A stretch of DNA of 63,914 nucleotides, counting the filler, from Rhabdomonas costata (taxonomy: Eukaryota): assembly GCA_019059605.1 (NCBI GenBank). It is 50 parts of 50 records of this genome, joined end to end, with 100 filler letters (N's around TTAATTAATTAA, not from the genome) between each part and the next. Parts side by side here need not be neighbours in the genome. Positions count along the whole stretch, not along the records: positions 48,662 to 49,841 come from JAHMHO010024775.1; positions 49,942 to 51,121 come from JAHMHO010024776.1; positions 51,222 to 52,398 come from JAHMHO010024777.1; positions 52,499 to 53,678 come from JAHMHO010024778.1; positions 53,779 to 54,958 come from JAHMHO010024779.1; positions 55,059 to 56,237 come from JAHMHO010024781.1; positions 56,338 to 57,517 come from JAHMHO010024782.1; positions 57,618 to 58,797 come from JAHMHO010024783.1; 42 more parts are not named here. The stretch is one strand, 5' to 3'. The notes beneath the pieces were generated by a model, which saw only the letters and a list, made by a program, of their open reading frames with translations, did no database searches and was not told the DNA's origin. Of this stretch, positions 49,759 through 62,602 are shown one piece after another (positions within the stretch are counted from its first letter, which is position 1; the number at the start of each line of letters is the position of its first letter). The translations under genes were made by a program, and so were the position numbers.

Positions 49759-52700
49759 GTCAGCGTCGGATCGACGTCGCATAAACATAAAAAATGCGGT
49801 ACAAGCCGAATGAAAATACAAACCACACCAAAATGTTTCCANNNNNNNNNNNNNNNNNNNNNNNNNNNNNNNNNNNNNNNNNNNNTTAATTAATTAANNN
49901 NNNNNNNNNNNNNNNNNNNNNNNNNNNNNNNNNNNNNNNNNCTCCTCCCAAGCGCCTGGCCTCGCTGAGCGCGGGTGGGAATGGGGTGGGAATGACTTTG
50001 TGCCGCCCTCGCCTGCTTTGTCTTGGCTGGAGTTGGTTTGCTGTTCACGAAGGAAGCAATTGTCACACGAATCATGGCAAGTTGGAAGTTTGAAGGGGGA
50101 GGGAGAAGCTCCCCGTTCGCGATTGTATTGGGGGGGGGGGGCATTAAACGTTTTTGGACCGAACGAGCGGCACAGCATTCAAAAAAGGCATTGCATGTAC
50201 CACCTTAAAAGCAAGAGGTGGAAAAAGCGCTACCAAAATTACCTTTCCGACATACACGGGGTTTAGGGATAGTAAAAAGTTCTCAAGTTTGCAAACCTAA
50301 CCATGAAAGCATAGTTGTTTCTTATGCACTGGAAGCTCTTAAGTTCATACTACTTCTTCTGGGACATGTGCCGGTGACATGAGCAAAAATTTCTCGCTTA
50401 TCACTTTTAACATGGCCGGGGCGATTCTAATATAATTCTAGTAGTTACACGAGAGCGCCTTTCATTTCGGAATGGATGAAGCCCCCCTCCCTTCAGGTTT
50501 TCTGTGGGAAGTAGCTCAAGCCAAACCTGGTAGGTCTTCCCCAAGGGGCCACGGCATATACAGCGGCTGCGCCCCCAGCGGGCTGCAAGGCGGTCCTCGT
50601 CTGCCCCACTGCTCGAGTCGCCGCCGGGGCTGCTGCTGCTGATCGCAACAGCAGCAACCACGCGGTCCACCCGAAAAGAAGGGCTTCTTACGCTGCAAAG
50701 AAGAAATGGAGAGCAGGGAAGGACATAGGAGATGTGCGTTTTGAAGAGCCAGCATTGATCGAGATATGAGTGCACAGCGCCTCGTTTTGAGATCGACGCC
50801 ATTTTTATCTATGAGGCAAACGTTTTTGGCAACAAGCAGGACTAAATGGCGTGAGACGTCAGAAATTCGTTCGTGAAGATCTGCATCCACACCAAGACTT
50901 GCACCGGACCAAATGCAGCCACCTCCAATACAGAGCGGGTTTCTCCTCCTTTGTGTATTTCTTAGCCTGAAAGGTCTCATTTACTTACCTTTGGCCGCAC
51001 TCTGCCTTCAACTTCGGATAACCTGTGACGCTGAATTTCTAGAGTATTTTCACAGGCGCGAAAGGTCTCATTTTGGTCATTGGCTCCCTTGTGAAATGAC
51101 GCCATAATGACACCAAAAAAANNNNNNNNNNNNNNNNNNNNNNNNNNNNNNNNNNNNNNNNNNNNTTAATTAATTAANNNNNNNNNNNNNNNNNNNNNNN
51201 NNNNNNNNNNNNNNNNNNNNNCCACGTTTGTGAGCAGACCCGGTTCAGTGGGCGAGCGCCGGAGTGGCGCGGGAGTGCCCGCATTCAGGGCGAGGACGCG
51301 GAAACCCTCTAAGAGAAGATCGAGACTTGGGAATTCGGGACGGGGATGGAAAGAGGGGCAGAGAAAGTGTTTTTCTGAGTCCTGGACTCCTGACCAAAGG
51401 AGATGGTTCGGATTCATGTTGGTAGATGTTGCTGAGCAAGGGATTTCGGGTGTGGTTTTAGTTATGTTCCCTTGTTGTGAATGCGTTTTTGTTTTGGGGG
51501 AAGTCGTGGGTGAGGCTTTGGGAGGACCAGGCGAGAGTTTTGGTCCCCAACGTGCCTTTGGCGAAGCGTACGGTGGTTGGGTGGTTGGGTGGTTGGGTGA
51601 GTCGGGTAGTAACCGGGTGCGTCCTGGTTTTGGGTTTCTATCGCTTTGCCGCTGGTACAGAATGAGGCAAGCCGATGCCTCACTGCCATTGGTATGGGAT
51701 TCTCAATTCCGTGGTTTGCCTGCTGCTGGGACGGATACTTAATTGGGAAGAAGAGGGCGGGTTGGAATTCCTTCGTCTGGGAAAGGTCTTCGTCGGTATC
51801 GGCAGGGCCGTTTTTAAATGAGCCCTCCCTTGGTCCTTCAACGAATTCATCACGTTCACTTTTTATGCGGAGGGGGCGGGTGTACCACCTATTGTCAGAA
51901 GCTTTTGCAGGCCGCGCATAATCGAGCTACTAACCGCGCAAAAATCCGGCTTCCCCCCCCTTGTGGAAGCAGAGCGTTCTCCAAATCGCGTTTGGTTCGT
52001 CGGCTAGCCGGTCCGCCTTCTGCCTATTTGCCGGTGTGCCCATGTACTCGTTGGGTGTTGGGTGAATGGGAGGTGAGGTGTCCCTGTTTCGGCCGCTTCT
52101 CAGGTTCGTGAGCTTCTTTCTTTACTGTCTGCCTTCATCAAGCGAAGCTAAATGGCTGCCTCGGAGCCGGAGAACCACCTCAGGTGCGGTGGCAGGCATC
52201 CCCCTTTCCCCCGCCATGTGCTTGCTCCGCTCACCTCTCCGTTCTTTGGTAACGCATGACGGGGTGACACGGGGTGACATGAAGGATGCTCCGTCGGAAT
52301 GGAGGTGCCTCCAAGTTCCTAAGGGAAAGAGGAAGAAGAGAACTGATCAAAAACAAACACCGTTCGCGACCCAAGACCAAGACACAGACCCAAAAACCNN
52401 NNNNNNNNNNNNNNNNNNNNNNNNNNNNNNNNNNNNNNNNNNTTAATTAATTAANNNNNNNNNNNNNNNNNNNNNNNNNNNNNNNNNNNNNNNNNNNNCT
52501 CTGCAACTCCCGCGGGAGCCTGGGGACGCAAAGGGGCGTTCCACCGCTCTCTTTTTTACAAACTATTTCTTTCCGACCTTTTTCAACCCCGTGCGGTCAC
52601 GGAAGAACAAAACGTTTGTGTTGATGCATTCCCTTGCCAAGAGGGAAACGGACGTTTCCGAAGGAAACCAGACATCTCGTCAAAGGTATTCAAGAAGCCA

Positions 52701-55494
52701 CGAAAGAAAGGGAAGCAAGGGCACGCGCGCAGGCAAAAACAAAACGAAATGGTCAAGCCTTTCAAGCATTTGCGTTCGCCTCTGTCTCTCGCATCCGTAT
52801 GTTGGTGGGTACAATAGCGCACTTATGCCGTTTAAATATATGTGAGGATTGGATAAGCGCAAAAAAAAAAAAGAAAGAAATGAAGCCTTATAAAGGCCAA
52901 AGGAAAAGCCTTAGGTAGTCTGGCAAGGGGTGGAGTACCACACAGAGCTCCATTCATCAGGGATATCGTGGCGGCGCAAAGCATCTTCCAGGGCACCCAA
53001 AGGGGCAGTGCACATCATCACAGCCGGGGAAACTCGGAGCAGCACATGCTCCACAACGGAGCAGACCAAGACCTTGCAGGCTCGAAGAGCGAGCTGATCG
53101 CCGCCCCCAAGCTCGCTCAGACCGTTATTAATCGGATGCGGCTCTCCGCGAGAGTTCAGGGTGCAGCGAGGTGTGGGTTGACCAGAAGGGTTCCCTGGAA
53201 GGCTGGCAGAGGAGCCTGTCTGCGCTGAGGCGTAGCCCAAGCCCTCCATGCCAGAGGCTTCAGTAAGTTTGCGCAGCCTGCAAAGGACCTCCAGGATAGT
53301 CTGCGTGGCAAAGAAAAAGATCATGGAACCTCGCACCACGGAGAGAAAGTGGACGGTGACAGGTGTGAGGGGATAAAAGCGAGCAAAACGGGTGCGTAAG
53401 CTGATAGGTCTGTTTCGGAGAGAGGCTTCTAAAGCGGAATTCTCTGAGGTGCAGGCCGAAACGACTATAGAAGCCTCCAGGAGAATGGGATCCCCCAGTT
53501 GCCTCAAGCCAAGAAAGGAAAGCGGCAAGCATAGAAATGGACGCAGTTTCAAGATACACTGGCCAGCTGCACTCAGGCACCACATAGCATCACCTTCTTG
53601 CCCACCCAGGCTCAACGCATCAAAAACAAGTTTCAACATGTGACTCCTTCGACATAGTTGGACCGTCAAACACCAACCNNNNNNNNNNNNNNNNNNNNNN
53701 NNNNNNNNNNNNNNNNNNNNNNTTAATTAATTAANNNNNNNNNNNNNNNNNNNNNNNNNNNNNNNNNNNNNNNNNNNNTGTGGGGGGGGGGGAGGTCACG
53801 TGTACCAGTGGTAACATTTTTTCAGTGGAGATTTTTTAAAATTCGACTTCAAAGCCACGTTCCTGCTTTAGTAGCTGGCTCCGGCCGCGTCGCTGGCCTT
53901 CGCCTTCGGAACTGATGCTGTTATACTCGACTGTTAATTCCTGCTGCCAATAGCAATTGAAATTTCGTTGATCTTTCGGAATAGCAAACTTGTTGTGCCT
54001 TTATCAACAATTTGGAAGGTTGGTGGACCAATGCTGTGCTTGCCAATTGGTGAATGTCGAAGGTGAGCTGTTGAGGTTGTTCCTGCTCTTCTTTGACTCG
54101 TCGGATTCAGCAGATGAGCGGTTTTGGCAGGGCTTTGAATGCCACCACGTCTGGTACCCGCTTGCCGGCTACCATGGATTCCAGCGTAGCTTCGCGCTGT
54201 GCACGAGCCGACCCTGACCCTGAAACCCAGCGCACTGCTAGCCACCTTCTTTGCGAGTCCGAAATTCAGTTGCTGGGTGCCAGTGGCGTGCCACTCACGA
54301 ACTCATCGCCCAAGGCGCCAAAGGGATTTCTTGGGGCTCGACTTGATGGCCCGAAGCAGTCTCCTCTTTTGCCGTCCACCCCGAACTCCTGCGCGGGCCC
54401 ATCTCTGTTCGAGCCGGGGGAGTTTCGAGTCCGAAGAGGGGTTTCTGCAGATCCTGCGGTGGAATTCTTTTTTGGGCGATCCAGGGAACGCCCTCTGGGA
54501 GCTTTTCCCCAGATTTCGGGAGCAGCGTGGCCGCTCTGCGGATTGAGCTGTGTAAAGGTTACTGCATCTGTGCGCGATGCCTGTCTATGTGAGCATGACT
54601 GTCAATGCCGGTGCATGCATGTGTTTGTGCTTGACGTTGAGCAGTTCAAGTAGTTTCTTCCTCGACATCATGGATACAACAAGGCCCTGCCACCACCGGC
54701 AAGCTCGACGTTTTGAATGCCACCGGCAAAGGGAAAGGGTCATGCTGGGTTACTCCCAGAGAATCCCTCAAATGTCCCCGCCCCACATACTGTCTTTCGC
54801 ACAACAAGTGTTTCCCCACACCTATCGTTCCCAGAATGTGCCTTTATCATTCAAGTATCATGCCTTCTGCACTGTGTGTGTTTGAGTTTCGGCTTAGCAA
54901 TCCCTTCATCGCGGCTTGCACATGGAATGTCATTAGCAGTTATCATTGTGAAAACAAANNNNNNNNNNNNNNNNNNNNNNNNNNNNNNNNNNNNNNNNNN
55001 NNTTAATTAATTAANNNNNNNNNNNNNNNNNNNNNNNNNNNNNNNNNNNNNNNNNNNNTTGTGGTTGTAAGTGTTTAAAAGGTGATACGCAATTGTTTTG
55101 CTGTTTTTTTTGCTTTTGGGTGGCTAGAAGGCACTAACACATCCCTGCACACCGCGACAGTCTTCTAGCCACCCAAAAGCAAAAAAAAAAAAACAGCAAA
55201 ACAATAGCGTATCACCTTTTAAACACTTACAATAACACATAAACACGCACACAACACAAAAAGGCACGACAGATGAATCTTGCTCAAAGAACTGCTTCAT
55301 AGGGACCAATGCTTTGGTGGATGAGGGTGGAGGCTTGCCTTTTCCGCGCAGAACAGACGGCTGAGGCGGGAACGCAGTCTGGGTTTATCACGCATAAGGT
55401 CGTAAGAATGGTTGCCACCGTCCCCCCCCCCTTCAGAAAAAAAAAGGACAAGAGCACCCCTACATGGGCGCACATTGACCAGGATTCAAGTTGA

Positions 55495-56235
55495 AGTTAA
55501 GAACACAGCCTTCCACCAAAACTTCCTTTTAAGTTAAGAACACAGCACAAAAAACTGCACTTCTGCAATAGTCGACACATCGCTTCCCACCCATACCACA
55601 AAAATTTGCAGGGGCAGGGGCGCGGGCAGCAACGGGCGGGTCATCTGAGGGCAAAGAGGTGCTGTCCCAGTGAATAACTCGGGCTCAGGCTGCTGCTGCG
55701 GCTGCGGAGGCGGCGGCGGGAGCAGTGGGCGCGGGTCTGTGAGGTCAGCGGGGCTTGCGTCACCGCGTTGAAGGGCAGGTGGAGAGGACGCTTTGAGGTG
55801 GAGGCCACTCCCTTCGAGCGACAGCATGCCGTCCTGCAGGGAGGTACTTGCTCGCCTGTCACGAAGGATGACGCTATGAGGCAGGAATGTTCCCAAGACA
55901 AGGTGAGCGGCTTGGGAAAAAGATGAATTATGCTCAGGACCTCAAAAGTACTCTGTGCCTCCCTTCCAGAAACCACAATGAATGGGGCCCCCGTTATAAA
56001 CCAGGTTGCCCAGTATCGGCATAAACCAGGTCACCCAATTTTCGCAATGGAAGAAGAAAAAGCAAAGAGACCACCAACAGGGACAGCGAGCGCGTATCAG
56101 AGTAATTCTGTGCAAGCGGAAAGGTGATTGCTGTTGAGTTAAGAACACAGCCTTCCACCAAAACTTCCTTTTCACACAGCACAAACTGCACTTCTGCAAC
56201 AGTCGACACATCGCCTCCCACGCATACCACAAAAA
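55495..56235 (-). repeat. ~100-bp diverged direct repeat (55495-55604; 56137-56235) forming the 5' ends of two successive introns
   Basis: On the minus strand both copies read GTATG(G/C)GTGGGA.GCGATGTGTCGACT.TTGCAGAAGTGCAG...AAAGGAAGTTTTGGTGGAAGGCTGTGTTCTTAACT. Confidence 0.85.
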
Positions 56236-56703
56236 CANNNNNNNNNNNNNNNNNNNNNNNNNNNNNNNNNNNNNNNNNNNNTTAATTAATTAANNNNNNN
56301 NNNNNNNNNNNNNNNNNNNNNNNNNNNNNNNNNNNNNGCCTACATGCCTCTGTTGCACCCGTCGCAGAGATGTGGCGATTGCCCGATGCACTCTCCTGTC
56401 CTTTTTATTAAGCGGCCTGCGGGTATGCGATTCTGCACCTGTAACACAAGGAGACAAGGGGCAGCAAGAGAAGGTGGATGGTTCCCGAAAGCAGCAGGTT
56501 GCACCTATAAACTGAGAAATCAATAAACGGGGGAATTCTAATATATTTTGTGCTGCTTGAACACGGAACTCACGGGGGCAGCGGAGAGCATCACAGAAAG
56601 GCAGAAAACCCAAAAGCAGCCAATAGTAGATGCAGCCTTTTTCCCCCCTTAGTCAGCGCTCGCTTTGCCCTCCGCGCGCGCCTTACACCCTGCTTTGCCA
56701 CAG

Positions 56704-57152
56704 GCTCGGGGAAAACCTACAGCATTCAGGGCGACCCCGGAGACTGCACAGGGGCTGGGATTGTGCCGCGGTTTTGCGCCGACCTGATGGCCTCGGCGCA
56801 GCGGCTGATGGAGGCCGACCCCACGCTGTTCGTGAAGCTCAGCCTGGCCATGATTGAGGTGTACAACGAAAAAGTCCGGGACCTACTGGAGTCTCGGCGC
56901 GGCGGCGGGGGGCAGCCCGTCGAGCTGACCTCTCTGGACCTGCGCGAGGACAGAAACAAGAAGGTCGTCAAACTCTCTTTTGAAGCTTTTGAAAAAGGGG
57001 CTGTGGATGTCGCTGATTGTTTCCCAGGCTCCCCTCCCTCGCCATTCCCCTTTCTCCGCACAAAGGTGTTTGTGGAAGGTCTCAGCCTGCACACCATTAC
57101 CAGTAACGAGCGGTTGGTCGCGCTGATCCGGCAGGGGCTGGCGAACCGCCAG
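56704..57152 (+). CDS. Kinesin motor domain, two exons (56704-56963; 57066-57152)
   Basis: GSGKTYS P-loop, GIVPRFC, EVYNEKVRDLL and LRED...|VFVEGLS...G..NR. Confidence 0.95.
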
Positions 57153-57664
57153 GTTCCGTGGTTTTTTATTGAAACTTCTTTTGCACCGCAAGTGGTTGTG
57201 TGGGTGTGATCTGCTTGACTGTGCATAAAAAGTAAGACAAAAGCCGAACGTCCAGTCACGGTGAAACCAAAGTGGAATGAGACAAGAAGATTTGCGCTGT
57301 GGTGGATATATTTAGGGGGAGCAGGGTGGGTGATTACTATTTCGGCTCTGAGTGGGCCGAACCCCTGAGGAATTACGCTGCTCGATTTGTGCACCATCTC
57401 TCCTCCTCCCTTTCTCCAACTCTCCCACCTCCTGATTGTGGTTATGGTGTACCTGCTGTCCCTCTATCTTGTACACTGCGCTGCCTTTGGGCGTGAATAG
57501 AACGAATTGTTTTTTCTNNNNNNNNNNNNNNNNNNNNNNNNNNNNNNNNNNNNNNNNNNNNTTAATTAATTAANNNNNNNNNNNNNNNNNNNNNNNNNNN
57601 NNNNNNNNNNNNNNNNNGTTTTTGGTATGCATTTATTCGATTGGTCGCAATCTTTCTTTCTCAG

Positions 57665-58779
57665 CTCTTTCATGTGCTGGTTTGTGTACCTGTGCGACTT
57701 CACGGACCGCCGGGCCCGCGATGCGTGCCGGTTCGCGGTGATGGCCGTGGTGCTGGTGCTGCAGGAGGGCGCGCCGTGGGACGAGCGGTTCACGTTTGGG
57801 CCCGTGTTGGCGACTGCGCTGCTGTTCCTGCTGAAGCGATGGTGTGCGTGCGGGGATTGGCATGTGTGGCAGGTGCCAGCAGCGCCGCCGCCACTGGAGA
57901 GCGTTTGTAGTTGCGCAGTCGTCAACATCTCTGTCCGTCCATTCGTTTTGTGAGGGCTGCCCCGGATAAATCCAGAGTTTTTTCCGGCATCTAGCTGTCT
58001 CTGCGCTGGCTGAACACACCGTTTCCCTGTGTTTCGTAATCACATTCTGTCTGATTTTTGATTTGTTTCTCTGTGTGCGTATGTATGTGTGTGTGTGTGT
58101 GTGCGTGCGCGCGCGCCCGCCATGCGCTCGAGTTTCTTCATGTTGCTGCCGCGGTTTGAGGTGGTGCGCAGTGGTGTGTTTGCCGCTGCGGCATAGGTTG
58201 GTGGACGGGTGCGGCCCGAAGTGCGACCCCAACAAACTGCGGGCGGGTTTGCTGCTGCAAGTTCTGGGCGTGCTGTGCTTTATTCGCGGGTATAGCGCAC
58301 ACCTTTTCTGCTGCGAGGATTGACATTAGAACTGAGGTGTAGTGGGCGCCGAGGTGGGCATTCCGAGAGTCGACTGAAGCTTGGGAAAGAGAACGACGGC
58401 AGGGCTCCGCTTGGCTTGGCTCCGCTGAGCGTGCCGCTCAGGTCGCCGAAGAGAGGGTCAACCAAATTTGTGTTCTCATATCCCTCGCAAAGGCCAGAAA
58501 CGATTCCACCTTCAGCTCATTGGCTGGAAACGTGTGCATTTAGTTCGCTGCGGATGGGGGGTGGGATCGCCCAGGCTGGACAAGCCTACTGACCCTCTGC
58601 GGATCTTCCACGGGCTGTGGCACGTGTTTATCAGCGGTGCGTGCTACTTCCTGTGGGACATCGTGCAGCCTAAGGCCACTGCGGTGGCCCGCGGCCACAG
58701 CGGCGGCCACCTCGGCACGTCCCTCTCGGGTGGCACCCACGTCACCCCGTGCAGGGACCCCCGGGCAGGGGGCTGCTAA
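57665..58779 (+). CDS. TMEM8/PGAP6/myomaker (CREST superfamily) membrane protein, three 3' exons (57665-57841; 58197-58289; 58575-58779)
   Basis: Phase-consistent GT-AG joins give multiple transmembrane segments and GLD...LRIFHGLWH, the CREST HxxxH motif. Confidence 0.7.
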
Positions 58780-59230
58780 CCAACCCTTCCCCCGCAANNN
58801 NNNNNNNNNNNNNNNNNNNNNNNNNNNNNNNNNNNNNNNNNTTAATTAATTAANNNNNNNNNNNNNNNNNNNNNNNNNNNNNNNNNNNNNNNNNNNNGGC
58901 GTCTTGTAATTACAACGGCGCCAGCTGGACGTACAGCAACCGCGGTGTGTGTGTGTGTGTGTGTGTGCGCGCGCCCGCGCGCCTGCTTTTGGTTTTCCCT
59001 TCGCGAAGTGACGGAGGTCAAGTTTGAACCGTATTGTCGTGCTCTCTAGATGCGTTCATAATTATAGAGAAAAATGAATTCATAATTACAGAGAGAAATG
59101 AACACCACAGCGGCGGAGGGTGTAAAATGATCCCGGATCTGATTTGGCCTCATCCAATATTCACCGTGTCAATACGAAAACTGAGAAGTGTTTAAGTGTT
59201 TAAGTGCTTCTCCCTTCCTCTTTGCTCCAG

Positions 59231-59695
59231 TGGTAATTCCCGCGCTGAGGAACCCCTCCCCTCAGCTCACGGAAGAGACCATCGCGGAGGAGTTGGCCAC
59301 CCGCATTTCCAGCCTGCACGCCCTGGTGGTGGGCCCAGGTGCCCCCTCCCTCTGCACCGGGCCTTCCTCAACCTTTGCAATGGGGAGTTCTTCTCTGAAA
59401 TGTGTAGGGGGTGGGGGGCGGTCGTTTGTATCACCCATCTGCGCTTTGTGAATTAATGACCTGGAGTCTACAGTGCGACCTCCAACTGACGAAGCCAAGC
59501 AGAAGTTTTATATGCATTGCATATTTTGTGAATTGGTAGCTGTTTATTTCGCCTTGGATGGTTTTTGGTCATCTACTTTTCGGCGCCTCTGCTTACAAAG
59601 GACTGGGCCGGTCGGAGGCGACGTTTGCGATCATCTCCCGGCTGTTTCGGATGATTCGGGAACGAAAGCTTAAGCTTCCAATTGTCATTGACGCG
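59231..59695 (+). CDS. NAXD: ATP-dependent NAD(P)HX dehydratase, two exons (59231-59338; 59601-59695)
   Basis: Spliced LHALVVGPG|LGRS...LPIVIDA is the CARKD/YjeF-C signature. Confidence 0.88.
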
Positions 59696-60914
59696 GTATG
59701 CTCGGCGTGCGTTTTTGTATCAACATTCGCGCAGCCTCAACCCTCAACCCCTGTGCAACGGCTGCAATTTTTTTAGAAGGGTTCAGAACAATGCAAGCAA
59801 CGAAGCAAACTCCAAACAACCCCTCAACCTGGCATTGAAATTGCAGGCATCCCTGCGAACCAAACGTCCGACCGTGCAAGATGCACTGGCCTGATAACCC
59901 CATCAGAACCAGGGCTCCGTACACCAGCCTGGCAAAAAACGACGTGCACTTTCGAAACGAAATGCGAAGAAATTTCCGCTGCGCAATTGTTTCGTTTCCC
60001 CCTCAGTCTCTTCACGTTCTCTATTCCATCCCCCGACTCTCCCGACTTGCTTCGTCCCCCACTGCTCACCACCAAAANNNNNNNNNNNNNNNNNNNNNNN
60101 NNNNNNNNNNNNNNNNNNNNNTTAATTAATTAANNNNNNNNNNNNNNNNNNNNNNNNNNNNNNNNNNNNNNNNNNNNGTTTTGTTGTAATTCTTCTTTGT
60201 CTTCTCTAGAGGAAAGAAAATCAATGTTTCGGAGCTACACAGCCCAAATCACGGGACAATCGCATTGAGGGGGAGATCAAACATTTCACACCGAAACGTC
60301 GAGCGTCGGACTGAACCAAATGAACGGAATAGAATATTAAAATTAGATCTATATTTTTTTTTGGGGGGGGGGCAGGCCAGGAAGAGGAGAGGCCGCAGGT
60401 ATATGCGATATTTCCATAGAGTTAAAGACCGCTTAAGAATGACGGCAAAAACGATCACGTTCCGGTGATGATACTAAAGCTAGCACTTCTTGATGATGGT
60501 ATCTTCCGAGCAGAGGGGTTGGGTAAACTATGCTCGCACTTCAGATCTCAGTAGGCGCCTCCGTTCTTGTGAGCATAGCGGTCGCTATGGTGGCTTACCA
60601 AATAGAATATTGTGCTGAGCGAAGGGCGGGGATATAAACGACGTTGAATCTAGTAGTGAAGTGGTATCGGGGGCGTGGCCCCTGCCCTGCAGAGCCCCAC
60701 CTGACACCTGACATACTTTGCCAAAGGGGACAGGGTCATGGTATACTGCATACTGCACCAGTGTCCCCCTGCGCGCAGTTATTTTATGTTTTTGTTTAAG
60801 GAGGTTAAGTGATTTTTGACTGTTTGGCAGTGCCAAATCTTTGATGCCCCCCCCCCCTCCACACACATTTTACAAGAGGATCAGCCTATATAAGGTGTGC
60901 AAGCGAAAGCAACA

Positions 60915-61345
60915 CCTGCGATCGGCGCCTCTCTTCCGCAAGCTCACGCTGAAGCTTGTTCAAAGCTTCTTCCAACTCCGCATTTCGCTTGGCGCTCTGG
61001 TCCGCCTGAGCCGATGCAGGAGAAGCACCACAGCAAGAAAAAAATACCCAAAATGGGGGAACATGGATGAAAAAAACCTGAGGATATGCTCATAACTGTC
61101 ACAAGACTCGACGCGTGCTCCACAGAAAGAAGCAAATGGAGAGAACCAACACTTTGCGCAAAAAACCGTATTACCATCTGGGGCCGTGTTCACGAGGGAA
61201 AAATCCAGAACCTGCACACGCAGAATTCAGCACACCAGATCGGAAAAACTTCTACGCTGAAGTTGCTCCGCCCGACCCGTCTCCTCGAGCTTGAGCAGCT
61301 TCACCTTGTAATTCTCTACAGCTTCCTTCATCGATTCCCGCTCCC
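60915..61345 (-). CDS. Coiled-coil protein exons (hypothetical)
   Basis: ADQSAKRNAELEEALNKLQRELAEERRRSQ|gt with an upstream segment MKEAVENYKVKLLKLEE. Confidence 0.4.
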
Positions 61346-62440
61346 CAAAACCCCNNNNNNNNNNNNNNNNNNNNNNNNNNNNNNNNNNNNNNNNNNNNTT
61401 AATTAATTAANNNNNNNNNNNNNNNNNNNNNNNNNNNNNNNNNNNNNNNNNNNNAAACCACTCTGTTCTATTTTTGGCGGGAGAGGGATGTGGGGGGGTA
61501 CTGCAGGCCGGCCACCTTTGGGCCCATGGGCACGAAGACGCAGAGGGCCTTCACTGTGGTCTCGCCGTGCGTCCCCCGTGGGCTGGTTCTGCAGAAGCTG
61601 GCGAAGCTGGTGCCCTTCGGGGTGTGTCTGCCTGTGTGGGATGGGCGTGTTGAAGTGGTGAATTGTTGAAGTGTTGCTGTTGCCGTGGTCCTTAGCAACG
61701 TCCTGACCCTTTTTTGCTTTAGCTTTTTTGCCTTCGCGGAGGGTAGCTAAGGTTTTGCATTGATTGAAGTTGTTTTGCGGAAATCTTTGGTTGCTGAAGT
61801 CCGGCGGCTGTGGTGGAATGTTGGAAGTCAGTTTACTGTGGTGCCGGTCGTTCGTAACTACAGGCCAGCAACCAACGGAATCAGTCAAGCTTTCCAGCAC
61901 CAGCACCATAGCCACAGACGTGAACGCCAAGTCCGGTTCACGATAATGAGTCCAGCCAGCAACACAGAATACTGCCTCCTGCCGCTTCTCCAGCGCCACC
62001 GACAGTCATACCCACGACCGCCAAAGTGAGCTGGTTTGCCAGCACCAAACCTACTGGTATGGCGAACATCTACTCGAGAGAAAGACTACACATATAGTAT
62101 ACCGTTCTCTTCGACCTGAGGCTGTTTCCTCGTTGAACTTAGGAGGCCATTGCAACGTACTCTAATATGAACAGCAGGACCATATCCCTTAACGCCCGAG
62201 CAAAGATCACACCGAGCTTCGGTGCGTATGGATGGTCGTTCGAGAGTGCTACCATGCATCGCTCTTGGAAGAAGGAGAAGCAAAATCAAAATGGTACCGC
62301 ACTGGTACGGCCTTCCGGCCTTCGGCGTGAATGGATAAAAGGAAGGATCGTGTGAAATAGAGCGCTGTGCAGATAAGTCAGCAAGACTGACAGTTGGCAG
62401 TTTCCTGCCTTTGCATCTTGTCCTGCTGCTTCTGCTGCAG

Positions 62441-62602
62441 GTCTTGGTGGACCACACCGTCTACTCCCATATCAGCATCAGCGTGCAGTGCCGGCTGGCG
62501 TTTGTGCTGCCTCTGGGCGAGGGCAAGGCGGAGAAGGCCTACGAGGTCATTGCTGGGCCGCAGCAAGCGGACGATGAGTGGATGTACCAACTGAAGGAGA
62601 AG
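62441..62602 (+). CDS. Exon of a hypothetical protein
   Basis: ctgcag|VLVDHTVYSHISISVQCRLAFVLP...YQLKEK|gtcgg, GC3-rich. Confidence 0.5.

Noticed and set aside
51230-51420. Minus-strand FRVLALNAG resembling the start of a LINE endonuclease
   Set aside because: The match is too short and no downstream EEP motif appears before the contig end.
55059-55238. ~70-bp inverted repeat at a contig start
   Set aside because: Same contig-end, primer-anchored pattern, so probably a WGA chimera. A real hairpin cannot be fully excluded.
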